Positions 9,121-20,000 of a stretch of DNA of 64,000 bases are shown here, one piece after another. Position 1 is the first letter of the stretch. Each line of letters begins with the position of its first letter. The translations under genes were made by a program, and so were the position numbers. Source of the stretch: Candidatus Nitrospinota bacterium M3_3B_026 (GTDB lineage Bacteria > Nitrospinota_A > UBA7883 > JBPRGF01); the NCBI GenBank assembly GCA_051418015.1, contig JBPRGF010000033.1:32001-96000 (forward strand). Direction: 5' to 3'. The notes below the pieces were generated by a model. The model did no database searches and was not told the origin of the DNA. It saw nothing but the letters and a program-made list of their open reading frames with translations.

Positions 9121-9899
9121 TGGCGGAGACCTGGCGGCTGATCGGCGATGAGCCCCTGCCCGGCGGCTGGAACATGGCCGCCGACTTCGCCATCCTGCGC
9201 GCCGCCGAGGAAGACGCCGCGCCGCCGACCTTGAGGTTTTACGGGTGGAGCCGCTCAACCCTGTCCATCGGCTTCAGGCAGGACGCGCGCAGGGACCTTG
9301 ACATGAGCCGCATCCGGCAAAGCGGCGTCTCGGTCGTCCGCCGCCCAACGGGGGGGAGGGCCATCCTCCACCATGACGAGGTGACCTACGCCGTGATCCT
9401 GCCCGTGTCGTCATCTTTTTACGGCCCGCTCCGGAGCGTGTACAGCGCCGTCTCGGCGGCTTTGCGGGAGGCGCTGGAGAGCCTGGGGACGCCGTTGGAT
9501 CCTGCGGCGGGCCGTCGAGGCGGCTTCAGAAACCCTTGCTGCTTCGCCTCCCGGACGCCCTACGAGATATCGAGCCGCGGCAGGAAGGTTGTGGGCAGCG
9601 CGCAGCGAAGACTCAAAAGAGCCGCCCTGCAGCATGGCTCCATCGTCCTGTCCCAGGACGCGGAGCGTCTCGTTTCGCTTTTGAAATGGGACGGGATGGA
9701 CGACAGGGAGAGAACCCTTGCGGCCCTGGGTGGGATCAATGACAACGGAGCCGGGGTGAGCGTGGACGCGATCCGCCGCGCCGTGACAAGCGCCTTTGAG
9801 AGGATGTATGGTATAGAGTTCGGGGAGGGCGGACTGACGGATAGTGAAAAAAAGCTCGCCGAAAACACGATAGAGGATTTTACGGTGGAGGGGGTATGA
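9117..9899 (+). CDS. Lipoate-protein ligase family / LipM-like octanoyltransferase
   Basis: NMAAD, PTLRFYGW, VRRPTGGRAILH, KVVGSAQRR, QHGSI. Confidence 0.88.
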   Translation: MMAETWRLIGDEPLPGGWNMAADFAILRAAEEDAAPPTLRFYGWSRSTLSIGFRQDARRDLDMSRIRQSGVSVVRRPTGGRAILHHDEVTYAVILPVSSSFYGPLRSVYSAVSAALREALESLGTPLDPAAGRRGGFRNPCCFASRTPYEISSRGRKVVGSAQRRLKRAALQHGSIVLSQDAERLVSLLKWDGMDDRERTLAALGGINDNGAGVSVDAIRRAVTSAFERMYGIEFGEGGLTDSEKKLAENTIEDFTVEGV

Positions 9900-10222
9900 G
9901 AAATTCAGTGATTATCGCGGGGCTGACTTTTGCCCTCGCCGCGGGGTGCGTCTCCACGGGGCGCGACTTCAACGTGGCGCAGGTCTCCCGGATCGAGAGG
10001 AACAAGACCACGCAGTCGCATATACAGTTGTGGTTCGGCTATCCATACATGACCGGCGTGGACGACGGCGACGAGGCGTGGACCTACAACTTCACGAAGG
10101 TGTCCGCCTCCGGCCAGACCCTGACGAAGACTCTCTACATAATCTTCGACGACAACAGCGTTGTGAAAAGCTACACCTTCTCCACGAGCTTCCCCGAGGA
10201 AATGTCGGTCCCGCGGCGGTAG
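9896..10222 (+). CDS. SmpA/OmlA (BamE-like) outer membrane lipoprotein
   Basis: Lipobox LAAGC; GRDF, TT..I..WFGYP, WTY, L.I.FD..VVKSY. Confidence 0.7.
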   Translation: MRNSVIIAGLTFALAAGCVSTGRDFNVAQVSRIERNKTTQSHIQLWFGYPYMTGVDDGDEAWTYNFTKVSASGQTLTKTLYIIFDDNSVVKSYTFSTSFPEEMSVPRR

Positions 10223-10260
10223 ACGGGAGGGGAGAAAACGGACACGGGCGGCGCGGGAGC

Positions 10261-10824
10261 CTAGCGTTCCACTTCCATCCGGGGAAGCGACTCCGGTGGT
10301 ATCTTGTCGAGGGGCAGACCCTTCCGGTCCTTTTCCGAGATGATCGGATCGTCGATCTCCCACGGTATCCCGACGCCAGGATCGCTCCACAGCACCGTTC
10401 CCTCCGCATCCTGGTTGTAGTAGTCGGAGCACTTGTAGCTCATGACGGCGGACTCGGAGCGGACGACGAACCCGTGGGCGAACCCGGCGGGGATGAAAAG
10501 CTGCTTCCCGTTTTCGCTGGAGAGCCGCGCCTTCACGAACCGCCCGAAGGTGAGAGACCCGGCGCGTATGTCCACCGCCACGTCGTCGACCTCCCCCTGG
10601 AGGACGGAGACCAGCTTGGCCTGCGGGTTGGGCCACTGGTAGTGCAGCCCACGGAGAACGCCGCGACGCGACATGGAGACGTTGTCCTGCACGAAGGGGA
10701 CGGTGATCCCAAGCTCTTCGTAGCGGTTGCGTCTCCACGTCTCCATGAACCAGCCGCGCGCGTCGCCGAACCGCTTCGGCTCCAGCAGGATAACGCCGGG
10801 GATGGAGGTTTGCGCGGTTCTCAT
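10261..10824 (-). CDS. rfbC: dTDP-4-dehydrorhamnose 3,5-epimerase
   Basis: FGDARGWFME, FVQDN, GVLRGLHYQ, IPAGFAHGF, YKC. Confidence 0.95.
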   Translation of the reverse strand: MRTAQTSIPGVILLEPKRFGDARGWFMETWRRNRYEELGITVPFVQDNVSMSRRGVLRGLHYQWPNPQAKLVSVLQGEVDDVAVDIRAGSLTFGRFVKARLSSENGKQLFIPAGFAHGFVVRSESAVMSYKCSDYYNQDAEGTVLWSDPGVGIPWEIDDPIISEKDRKGLPLDKIPPESLPRMEVER

Positions 10825-11219
10825 TCCCGCTCCCCGCTCCGCCGCCCCCGCTCCGGCCGCGGCTCCCCGTCTAATGTGAAAATAATGACCCGCTCGCCCG
10901 TCACGGTGCTCAGGTCGGTGTGCAGGCTCACGACTTTTTTTTCCACTATGTCCTTCACGATAGCCTCCAGCAACGGCCTGCCTTTCTCCAGCAGGGCGAT
11001 CCGCATCTGTTTTATCAGCTCCAGTCCCTGGGGCGCGTCCTCCGCTTTGACCAGCTGGCGTTCCGCGGGTGTGAGGACGCCCTTCAGCCTCACCAGGACG
11101 ATGTCCTCGATTATATAGGTTTTCGCCTCCAGCGGGCCACGCCCCATGTACTCTTTTTCGAACTTTATCAGCGCCTCGCTGACGGCGGCCTCCATCTGGC
11201 CCCTGCTTTTTTTCGGCAT
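10821..11219 (-). CDS. DUF2294 / MpsC-family protein
   Basis: Real gene is the last 132 aa of track ORF 10821..12515: KFEKEYMGRGP, VRLKGVLTPAERQL, VVSLHTDLSTVTGERVIIFTL; GGGAG RBS. Confidence 0.85.
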   Translation of the reverse strand: MPKKSRGQMEAAVSEALIKFEKEYMGRGPLEAKTYIIEDIVLVRLKGVLTPAERQLVKAEDAPQGLELIKQMRIALLEKGRPLLEAIVKDIVEKKVVSLHTDLSTVTGERVIIFTLDGEPRPERGRRSGERE

Positions 11220-11239
11220 CGCGTCTCCCGTTCGCGTTG

Positions 11240-12616
11240 TTACTTGTACCGTTTCAGCATGAAGGTTATATATTCCAGCCTGTCGAGCTTGCGCGCAAGC
11301 AGGAAAAGCCCCGCCAGGCTCGAAATGGTGACGGCCCCCGCGAACCCGTAGCCGTAGAACGCCGGGTCGAGCCATTGGGTGGCGGCCGTCAGCAGGGTGT
11401 TCAGGACGGCGAAGAGAGCCGTTATGAAAAGCGAGCTGCCCCGCTCGTCTAGGTAGTAAAAGACGTTCAGCGTAGCAAGGAGCAGCACCTGCACCCCCAC
11501 CCCCGTCACGTCCACGTAGAAGAGATGGATGTAGTACGGGGATATCCCGATGGACCGCAGGATCGCCGGGCCGGCCAGCAGCAGAGCCACCACAGTGAAG
11601 CCCTGGACCTTGAAAATCTCGTATATGCCCTGGCGGAGGGTGAACACCATCTCGTCCCTCGCGCGCTCTATGTGGGCGAGGGTGTCCCCCTCCCTCACCG
11701 CGGCATAGAAGGCGTCGTACCTTTCTGCGAAGTCGGTCTCGATGCGCGTGAGGAACACGGCCATGCCGGGCATTATGGAAAGGTAGGCCAGGAATATCGG
11801 CAGGTCGTATATGAGCGACGCCCGCAGCGGGCCTATTATCCGCTCCGAGGTCAGAGGGTTCGCCCAGAAGACGAACTTGTCCGCCCAGACGCCGATGTTG
11901 TAGAAAAGCCCTATCGCCGCCAGGCTGTAATAGACCTTGCCCGGACGGAAGAAGCTGAACGAGACCAGCCGCTCCGCCGGATACGAGCGCAGCACCAGCC
12001 ATATCATGATGAAGAGGATGGCCGCCTGCCCGATGAAAAAGCCGCCCAGCAGCCCTTCCACCTTGTAAGGGCGAAGGGCGAGCCCGGCGGCCACGGTGAT
12101 GGAGTAGCCCGCGAAAAATATCCCCAGCACCATCCTGTACTCCTTCAGGCTGGTGAGGAGAATGACCGAGATCCATATTCCGCAGAGAGCCGCGAAGTTC
12201 CCCAGCATCAGGAGCCGGTACTCGATCGGCTCCTCGAACAGAAAATAAAGCCCCGCCCCCGCCGCCAGGCCCCCGGACACGGTGGTCACGGTAACCGCCC
12301 CAAGGAAGTTCGGCGCGATCTCCTGCTCCGCCCCCTCGAAAAGCCTGTCCGCCATGAACCGGGTGAAAAGCAACTGGAGCCCCCCGGTGAAAATCATCGA
12401 AAGCGCCATCAGGTACGTCACGGAGACCAGGAACTTGACGATGAGCGACGTGGGGAACACCACGCCGATGCTGAGCACGCCGATTATCATCACGCCGATG
12501 ATAGAGAGAATCCACGGCCCGGAGCTTATGATCCCGGCGTATCCATACGCCCGGAGAAGACCCAGGTAGCTGTCTCTTCTGAGAAGCTTTCTCAGCTCGA
12601 ATCCTATCCCGGCCAT
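11240..12616 (-). CDS. pelG: Pel exopolysaccharide transporter PelG
   Basis: MAGIGFELRKLL, SSGPW, WADKF, YDLPIFLAYL, ETDFAERY. Confidence 0.95.
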   Translation of the reverse strand: MAGIGFELRKLLRRDSYLGLLRAYGYAGIISSGPWILSIIGVMIIGVLSIGVVFPTSLIVKFLVSVTYLMALSMIFTGGLQLLFTRFMADRLFEGAEQEIAPNFLGAVTVTTVSGGLAAGAGLYFLFEEPIEYRLLMLGNFAALCGIWISVILLTSLKEYRMVLGIFFAGYSITVAAGLALRPYKVEGLLGGFFIGQAAILFIMIWLVLRSYPAERLVSFSFFRPGKVYYSLAAIGLFYNIGVWADKFVFWANPLTSERIIGPLRASLIYDLPIFLAYLSIMPGMAVFLTRIETDFAERYDAFYAAVREGDTLAHIERARDEMVFTLRQGIYEIFKVQGFTVVALLLAGPAILRSIGISPYYIHLFYVDVTGVGVQVLLLATLNVFYYLDERGSSLFITALFAVLNTLLTAATQWLDPAFYGYGFAGAVTISSLAGLFLLARKLDRLEYITFMLKRYK

Positions 12617-14136
12617 TCGATCCTCTTTATCGCCCGCCCGTAAATTCCGCGGTAGCTGTCCATCAGTATCTCTTTCGTGTAAAACCTGCGGACCCTTTCA
12701 AGCCCCGCCGCCTGGGCCGCGCGCCACTCGTCCTCGTTGGTCAGCAGGGATATCGCCGCGTTCGCCGTCGCCTCCGCGTTCGCTATGGGGGTGACCGCCC
12801 CGGCGGCGCCGATGGCCTTGTCTTCAGGGCCGGAGCCCTCGATGATCTCCCTGCACGACCCGACGTCGGTGGCCACCGCCGGAACGCCGCCCGCGAAACC
12901 CTCCAGCAGGACGAGCGGCATCGCCTCGCTTATGGAGGTGAGGACAACCAGCCCCAGCTCGGGAAGAACCTCCTCCACCTTCCGGAACCCGAGGAACTTG
13001 ATTTTCTCCGAGAGGCCCATGCTGGCCATGAGATCCATGCATTCCTCCACGTATTCGGGATCCTCCTCGTGGGGGCCGATGATCCACCCCTGCGCCTCGG
13101 GGATGTGGCTGATCACCGTCCGCATGGCGCGGATGAAGGTTTTCACGTCCTTTATCGCCACCACTCTGCCGATCAGGCCGAGGACGGGCGGGATCCTGTC
13201 CGGCCGCCTCGCCAGGGCGGGCTCGAACCGCGCGAGGTCGATCCCGTTTCTCACCACCATGGTTCTGGCCGGGTCCGCGCCGTCCTCGATCTGCCGCCTG
13301 CGGTTGCCATCGTAGATGGCGATGATGGGGTCCGCCGCGTCATAGGCCAGGCGGCCCAGCCCCTCGTAGAAACGTATCCACAACCGCAGGATGTAGCTTA
13401 CGTCGTACTCCGCCTCGCCGGAGAAGGCGCTTTCGGGGTTTTTTATCCACTCCGCGCCGACGAGGTCGATCCTTCGCTCCTTCGTGTAGTTGCCGTGCTC
13501 CGTGAGGATGAAAGGCGCCCCTCTCTCGCTTTTCAGGAGCGACCCCAGGAAGCCCGCGTAACCCGTGGAGATGGAGTGGAACGCCTTCGCGTCCGGAGCG
13601 TGGCGGGCGATCCGGGCGAGCTTGAAAAGCGGCGCGTGCATGGAGCGGACCGTCCAGAAATAATCGACGAAGGACGGGTCGTAGCAGAATTTCTCGTAGT
13701 CGCGCTTTATCCGCTCCCACGCTTCCCGGCTGTACAGAAAATCCGGCGCCGTGACGCCGCCGGGTTCGCCCAGAAGCTCCGCGGCGCGCCTTATCAACTC
13801 CCTGGGGGCCTCCGGCCCGGGCTTTCTGAAATATTCATGGAGCCGTTCGAACTGGGCGAACGCCTCGCGGCTCCCTTTCCTCGGCGAGGGCGGGGGTATC
13901 TCTTCCGGCTCCATCAGGTAATGGGACTGGAGCCCCACCACGTTCGGCGGGAGCTCGTACCTGATCCCGTCGTAGTTCTCCCTCGCGCCCCCGAGGAATA
14001 CGAGGGTGAAGGTGTATTCCGGCAGCCCCTGTATGATGTCGTGTGTCCAGCTCGACACGCCGCCGCGAACGTATGGATACGTCCCCTCCAGCAACAGGGC
14101 TATGTCAGCCGGGCCGCCGCCGTCTTTCGCTTTCAT
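12604..14136 (-). CDS. pelF: GT4 glycosyltransferase PelF
   Basis: LEGTYPYVRGGVSSW, STGYAG, TEHG.YTKER, IKDVKTFI, SISEAMPL. Confidence 0.95.
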   Translation of the reverse strand: MKAKDGGGPADIALLLEGTYPYVRGGVSSWTHDIIQGLPEYTFTLVFLGGARENYDGIRYELPPNVVGLQSHYLMEPEEIPPPSPRKGSREAFAQFERLHEYFRKPGPEAPRELIRRAAELLGEPGGVTAPDFLYSREAWERIKRDYEKFCYDPSFVDYFWTVRSMHAPLFKLARIARHAPDAKAFHSISTGYAGFLGSLLKSERGAPFILTEHGNYTKERRIDLVGAEWIKNPESAFSGEAEYDVSYILRLWIRFYEGLGRLAYDAADPIIAIYDGNRRRQIEDGADPARTMVVRNGIDLARFEPALARRPDRIPPVLGLIGRVVAIKDVKTFIRAMRTVISHIPEAQGWIIGPHEEDPEYVEECMDLMASMGLSEKIKFLGFRKVEEVLPELGLVVLTSISEAMPLVLLEGFAGGVPAVATDVGSCREIIEGSGPEDKAIGAAGAVTPIANAEATANAAISLLTNEDEWRAAQAAGLERVRRFYTKEILMDSYRGIYGRAIKRIEWPG

Positions 14137-15143
14137 GTCCAGTATTCCGCCACGGACGAGAGAGGCGCCTGGCGCCTTTTCACGGTGTCAAGCTGTCTCA
14201 TGTATTTTTTTACCTGGTCGAACCGGCGCTCCCGGAAAGCTATCTCCGCAAGGTACGCCGCCGCGCCGGACGGGGGGAACCCAAGATCGAGCGCTTTCTT
14301 GAACCTGGATTTCGCCTCCTCCTCCCGGTCCATGGCCAGCAGTATCCTCCCCGCCTGGAAGTGGATCGCCGGGTCGGCCGGGGCCATCCTGGCCGCCGCG
14401 TCCAGGTGGCGCAGCGCCTCGCCCAGGGCGTGGCTCAGCGTGTCGCCCTGGGCAAGCCCCAGGTAGGCCAGCTCCCAGTAATCCATCGCCGCGGCCATCC
14501 TGGCCTGGGCGGTGTCGTGTCCCGGCTGTTCGATCTCGTGAAGCCTGTCCCTGATCCGCTTGTCGATGATCTTCTCCCGCCTGCTCAGGCTCGAATAAGC
14601 CAGCAGGCGCACGTCGTCATCGCTGTCCTTGAGCGCCTGCCGCAGGATGGAGACGGCCATCCGCTCGTCCCGCATCCTGTCCGCCGCCATTACGGCCTTG
14701 ATCTTCTTGGCCGAGTCGCGGGTATTGCGCAGTATGGCGGCGACACCCCCCTCGCCGTACTCCGGCGTGGGGCTCACCCTGATCGGGCTGTAAGGCAGCT
14801 CCGGGGCCCCGACGCTCCTCCAGTACCGCGTTTTCTGTTTTTTCGGGAAATGGAAGGCCGTCATGACCCCCGCCGCCACCCCCAGCGCGCCGAGAAAAGG
14901 CATGAAAAAGGCGAGCGAGAAGAAGAGAAGAAACCCAGCGCCTCTGCGCTCTGAATACCGCTTCGGCGTGATGGCCAGGAAAAACCAGGCCAGGGATGCG
15001 CTCGCCAGCCCGTGGAGCCCGGCGAATACGGGCGCCTCGACGTCGAACGGCCATGGCATAAGCAACGCAAGAAGGCTCGCCCCCTGGAAGGCCACGCCAA
15101 GCGCCATGGCCGCGGCGGCGGAGGCGCGCTCCAGGACTCTCAT
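14133..15143 (-). CDS. pelE: PelE (TM helices plus HEAT/TPR region)
   Basis: FMPFLG, ALKDSDDDVRLLAY, YWELAYLGL, C-terminal YW; position between pelD and pelF. Confidence 0.9.
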   Translation of the reverse strand: MRVLERASAAAAMALGVAFQGASLLALLMPWPFDVEAPVFAGLHGLASASLAWFFLAITPKRYSERRGAGFLLFFSLAFFMPFLGALGVAAGVMTAFHFPKKQKTRYWRSVGAPELPYSPIRVSPTPEYGEGGVAAILRNTRDSAKKIKAVMAADRMRDERMAVSILRQALKDSDDDVRLLAYSSLSRREKIIDKRIRDRLHEIEQPGHDTAQARMAAAMDYWELAYLGLAQGDTLSHALGEALRHLDAAARMAPADPAIHFQAGRILLAMDREEEAKSRFKKALDLGFPPSGAAAYLAEIAFRERRFDQVKKYMRQLDTVKRRQAPLSSVAEYWT

Positions 15144-16486
15144 CTCCGCGGCGCCTCCAGCAGGCTTTCGATAACCGTGGACACGTCGTCCCTTTTTCTG
15201 ACCGCGTGGGAGCGGATATGGACGCCCGCCTCATCCAGCGTTTTGCCGAAATTTTCTTTTATCATGTTCCCGATCCTCGCCCGGTAGCCCTCAAAGCCCG
15301 TGTCGCTGGTGAACGGCATGAGCATGAGAATCACACGGCGGCCGCTGTCGCCGTCCACGGTCAGGGGCTGGTCGAGCCCGCGGCGCTGCCCGACGACGAA
15401 GTTTTCTATCTCCTCCCTGTCCTCGCTCTCATCCACCGAGACGGCCGCCACCGTCGAGGGGAGCCTGTAGCGCTTCTGGTTTTCTATCGCCCTGGCCAGG
15501 AGGCGGCGGAATCCGGCCTCCGGCGTCCCGGCCTCGGCGGCGCCCGCCGCGAGCAGATCGCCGATATGTCCGCCCAGCACGGCGAGCAGGCGGAAGTTGT
15601 CCTCGTGGAACGCCATGAAGGGCATTTTGTACACAGGCGCCACCCCCCACACCTTCCCGTCCACGTCCACGAGGGGCAAGGCGGCTACCGAGGAGAACTT
15701 CCGCATTCCGGCGCCGTTTTCCAGCATCTCGGGGCGGACGCTCAAAAACTCCCCCGACGACACCGCCTCGGAGGCCAGCGGATCCACGGTGTAAAGCTGC
15801 TCCACACGGCCGAGCGTGGCCGCCGGCTCCGGGCGTATTCCGCCCTCCTCGTTCACATCGTGGAGAGCGGCGGCCTGTATCCCGCCGAACGCCGCCAGAA
15901 GATCGAGGATCAGCCCGCCAAGGCCGAAAAAGGGCTCGTCTTTTTTCTCCGCCTCCATGATTGCGCGGCGGACGTTGAGCAGGGCCTCCCGCAGGCTCTG
16001 GGCGCTTCCCGCCAGTCTCCTTTCCAGCCCGTCGTGGGATATTTTCAGCAGATGGTACGCCCTCGTGAACTCGTCCAGCCTCCGGCTGTTGCTCTCGCTC
16101 ACCATCGATATCCGCGCAAGCTTCCTCGTCCACATGTCCGTGAACTCACCGCAGATCATGCCCACGAGAAGCAGGCCCAGGACCAGCTCGTCGGGGTACG
16201 TCTCCATGGGAAACCAGCCGAGCCGCCACGAGACCGAAATGGCTGTAATAAACGCCAGCGCGGAGCCGAAACCGTAGGCGAACCCGAACCGCAGCCCGGC
16301 GAGAGTGGGGGCCAGGACGACCCAGGGGAAATCCGCGTCCACGAAAAAGGGGTCGCCCGGCCGCAGCCACAGCCCCAGGAGGAACGCCGCCGCCGTTATC
16401 GCGGCCGACTCCAGAACGGCTGTCGAACCGGGTATCGGCTCGGCCCTGTCCAGCGGACTCCCACCTCGGGCGGGGCTGACCATCAT
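15140..16486 (-). CDS. pelD: c-di-GMP receptor PelD (TM + GAF + degenerate GGDEF)
   Basis: DPF..FPW..LAP.L.GLRFG, LLKISHD.LE, RxxD I-site (RGLD), LMPFT. Confidence 0.92.
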   Translation of the reverse strand: MMVSPARGGSPLDRAEPIPGSTAVLESAAITAAAFLLGLWLRPGDPFFVDADFPWVVLAPTLAGLRFGFAYGFGSALAFITAISVSWRLGWFPMETYPDELVLGLLLVGMICGEFTDMWTRKLARISMVSESNSRRLDEFTRAYHLLKISHDGLERRLAGSAQSLREALLNVRRAIMEAEKKDEPFFGLGGLILDLLAAFGGIQAAALHDVNEEGGIRPEPAATLGRVEQLYTVDPLASEAVSSGEFLSVRPEMLENGAGMRKFSSVAALPLVDVDGKVWGVAPVYKMPFMAFHEDNFRLLAVLGGHIGDLLAAGAAEAGTPEAGFRRLLARAIENQKRYRLPSTVAAVSVDESEDREEIENFVVGQRRGLDQPLTVDGDSGRRVILMLMPFTSDTGFEGYRARIGNMIKENFGKTLDEAGVHIRSHAVRKRDDVSTVIESLLEAPRR

Positions 16487-17046
16487 TCAAGCTCCATCTT
16501 GCCCACGATGTCCCGGACCAGCTTCTGCGCCGCGCCGCTCAAGGCTCCCCGGCCCCATCCTGAGCGGGAGCCGGAGGCGGACCAGAGCGTCTCGCCGGTC
16601 TTCACGTCGATCACCTGGACCGTTATCCCGGCCACGGGCTCGCCGTCCAGCCCTATCTTGTAGCGATACTCCTCCACGCTGCCGGTGACGCCGTATTGAA
16701 ACCCGCTCCTCCTGGCCCATTCGAGCGCCTCTTCAAAGCGGGCGCGGTCATCCATCTCCGCCAGGGTTTCCGCCGCCTTGCCGGGCGGCCTGGTGGCTAT
16801 CCGCGCGCCCCTGGCCCGGAGCGCCGTGGCGAGCACCGCCTCCACCTTCTCCCCGGCGCGGGGCGTCACGGAGTAGTTCATCATCGGCAGCAGAACCCAC
16901 TGGGCGGCCGTTGGGGGAGTCTTGCCAGCGCCGACCTCCACGACCGAGCATCCTGCCAGCAAAAGCGCCGCCCCGGCCCAGGCCAGCGCCGCCCCGGCCC
17001 ATCGGCCTGTCATCCATCTTCCAAGTGATGATCTTTCATTTCGCAT
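16483..17046 (-). CDS. pelC: Outer membrane lipoprotein PelC
   Basis: Lipobox LLAGC; NYSVTPRAG, GSVEEYRYKIGLDGEP, SRSGW. Confidence 0.93.
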   Translation of the reverse strand: MRNERSSLGRWMTGRWAGAALAWAGAALLLAGCSVVEVGAGKTPPTAAQWVLLPMMNYSVTPRAGEKVEAVLATALRARGARIATRPPGKAAETLAEMDDRARFEEALEWARRSGFQYGVTGSVEEYRYKIGLDGEPVAGITVQVIDVKTGETLWSASGSRSGWGRGALSGAAQKLVRDIVGKMELE

Positions 17047-17058
17047 CCGGTTATCCTT

Positions 17059-20000
17059 TCATCCGCCGAAACGATATGTGTACCTCAAACCAATGCCCTG
17101 GTAGGGCTCATCCACTATCCCGTTCGTGTTGTTGGACCGCCAGACGGAGAGGCTCAGCTCGTCGTCCCCCAGTATCTTCACCCCCACGGAGCCCCGCAGG
17201 CTGTAGAACGCGGCCTCGCTGGGCCACGACATCCCGAAATATACATCGAGAAGATAAGACATGGTCCCGTTGGCCGCGCTCACGGCTCCGGGATCGCCTT
17301 TTCTCGCCGATACTCCGAAACCGATCGAATAAAAATCCGCCGGGACAACCGACTCAATCGGGTAACCATCCGGCAGGATCGCCGCCGCGTATTCGGGTAG
17401 GCGCGCCGCGAGGCTGTTGCGCGTCGCGAAGCCGTGGAGGCGCAGCGCAAGCTCCGGGTTTTCCCGCTTGAGGCGCGTTCCCACGCCGACGTCCGCCGTC
17501 ATCCCCTCGCCGATCCTGCCGCCTTCCCTGTCATGGTAACGGTGGAGAGTCAGCCGCGCCAGGGCGTAGTCCCAGCGGGTGATGTCGTTGAACAGGTAAA
17601 GATCGACGCTGTCCTTCAGCCCGGCGGCTCTCAGCGCCGGCGATTCGGAGGAGACCTCGTTTACGGATACGGCCGCCTCGCCGCGGAGCCTCTCCACGAA
17701 AACGTATTGGCCCCACAGCTTAGCTTTCGGCAGGCTGTCGCCGTTTCTCGTGTTCACTCCCAGTTGGGCGCGGACGCTTGTTCTCTTTAGCCTTCTGTAG
17801 GCGGAGAATGATATCTCCCTCTCCTCGTTTTCGCCTTCAAGGTTCATCTCCTTCCGGTCAGCCGAGAGGGTTGTGTCTTTTACCGTCAGGGTCTGGATCG
17901 CATCACCCCGGGATCTCTGGGCGACCGCCTCCCGTTTTGCGAGGCGCAACTCTCCCAGTGTCTCGCTCTCCGCCGCCGCTGACGCCTTTGGGGCCTGTTC
18001 GGCGGAGAGCCCCGCCGTCTGAGAAAGCAGAGGTTCGTTTCTCCAGGAGTGGGGCGTGTCGAGGAAAGCCTTTCTCGCGACGCGGATCGCCATCCCCTGC
18101 CGGGCCATCAGCCTGTCCGCCTCCACGCGGTCGAACAGGGAGATGTCCTCGCCGGTCTCATAGACGCGGCCAAGCTCCGGAAGGTCGGCGCCCTGGAGGG
18201 CCAGGACGAACCTCTGCCAGTCCGGGACGCGGTCTCTCGGGATGCTCCTGTCCTTGATCCACACCCTGGCCGTGTCGAACCTGTCGTGGCCAAGGAACCA
18301 CGTCACGGCGAAGTTGTCGAGGTCGTCATCCTTTTCCGAATGGGCCAGGATGAAAGAGGTGACCTGCTCTCCCAGCCGCGCGCTGTGGAGCGTATTGACC
18401 AGGTACGCGAAAGCCTTGGCGGTTTCCCGGTTTTCGGTCCTGGAAAGGTCCGAAAGGGCCGTGGGGACTTTCTCGCGCATCCTGAAGGCCACGAACTCCC
18501 TCAGGCGGTGGGCTTCCTCCTGCATACCGGCCTTGTCCATGTCCTCGGCCAGCGACAGGAGCCAGAAATAGTCGTCGAAATGCCTGCGCGCGTAGAGCCA
18601 TCTCCAGCGCAGCGCCTCGTCCGCCTCGCCCAGGAGCTGGTAGCCGCTGGCGTAGAGTTTCCACAGCGACGGGTCGATGGAGGCGTCCCGCCGCCAGCGG
18701 GCGAGGTATTCGCGCAGCCGTGCGGTGTCCTCGGTCTCCACGAGGAAGCTTAGCATGGCCCGGCGCGCCCTCGACGAGTATGGGTTGACCTCGATGGCCC
18801 GTTTATGGCTTGCCAGAGCCTCGTCATATCGCCCCTTGCGCTTGAGCGCAGAGGCCTTCAATATCCAGTAAAGCTCCGAGGAGGCGAACATCTCCTCGTG
18901 TCTCACCGCCTCCTCCAGCATCTTCTCGAGATCGTCGTTGGCGCTGATCTCGTTCGCGGTATTCATCGCGCCGAGCAGAAAGCGCGGCTTCGACGTTTTG
19001 CGCCAGAACTCCTTGCCAAGAGCGATGGCCTTCCAGTGATCGCCCTGCTCCCTTTTTATAAAAACGAGGCGGTTCATGGCGTTGAGATCGTCCGGCCGCA
19101 GCGCCAGAAGCTCGCTGTAGGCCCTGGCGGCCTGCTCGTTGTCCTCGAATATCCAGGAAAGCTCCGCCGTGAGCGCCCAGTAGCGCTCCCCGGTTTTGAT
19201 CTCCTCGTCCACGTTTTTCAGAAGGCCGAAGGCCTCCCCCGGCCTGTTCATCCGCCAGAGAAGCTCCGCTCTCTTCGCCGCCGTCACGGCGGAGGCGCCG
19301 AACCTTTCTTCTATTCCCTCCCACACCGAAAGGGCCCTCTCAAGCGACCCCATATGCTTCAGGACCGACGCCAGGACCTCCCGGGCGCCGCGTTCGCCGG
19401 GGTAGCGCCGGATATAGGCGGAGAGGGCCCCGGCGGCCTTTTCGGCCTCCCCCGTGTTTTCCCAGGCCGCGCCGAGGGCGCCAAGCTCCTCTTTGGAAAG
19501 AGTCCTGATCTCGGCGACGGCGTCGAGAGTCCGGGCGATGGTCTCCCAGTCCGTAAACCACCGGCCCAGGGCGAGCATGGTCTCCACGTTGTCCTCCTCC
19601 CCGCCGCGGGCCGCAAGCCATGCGTAATGCTCCAGCGCCTCGCGGGGTTTTTCGATCCATCTCGATATCTCGGCGAGCCTCTCCCTGGCCCATCGGTCAC
19701 CGGGGTTCTGTTCGACCAGGCTATTCGCGGCGTTGTAGGCCTCCTTCAACATACCGTAGCGGAGCGCCACGTCCAGCCGCGTCCGGGCCGTTCCGGGGGT
19801 TCTCGGGATGAGGGCGAATATCCGCTCCCTGCGCTCCTTAACCGTCTCCGGCTTCTCGCCGGCCGCCGCCTCCTCCATGGCCATGATGACCAGGGGCCGG
19901 TTCTCCGGGTCTCTTCGCGCGGCGAGCTCGAGAAGGCGGAAGGTCTCGTCGTGGAGCCGGCCCCGCAGCGAAGCGCCGATCTTGAAGTCCATCAGCCGCG

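Noticed and set aside
11220..12515. N-terminal ~430 aa of track ORF 10821..12515, suggesting a large fusion protein
   Set aside because: Alternate frame over pelG; only the part from ATG 11219 has an RBS and a family signature
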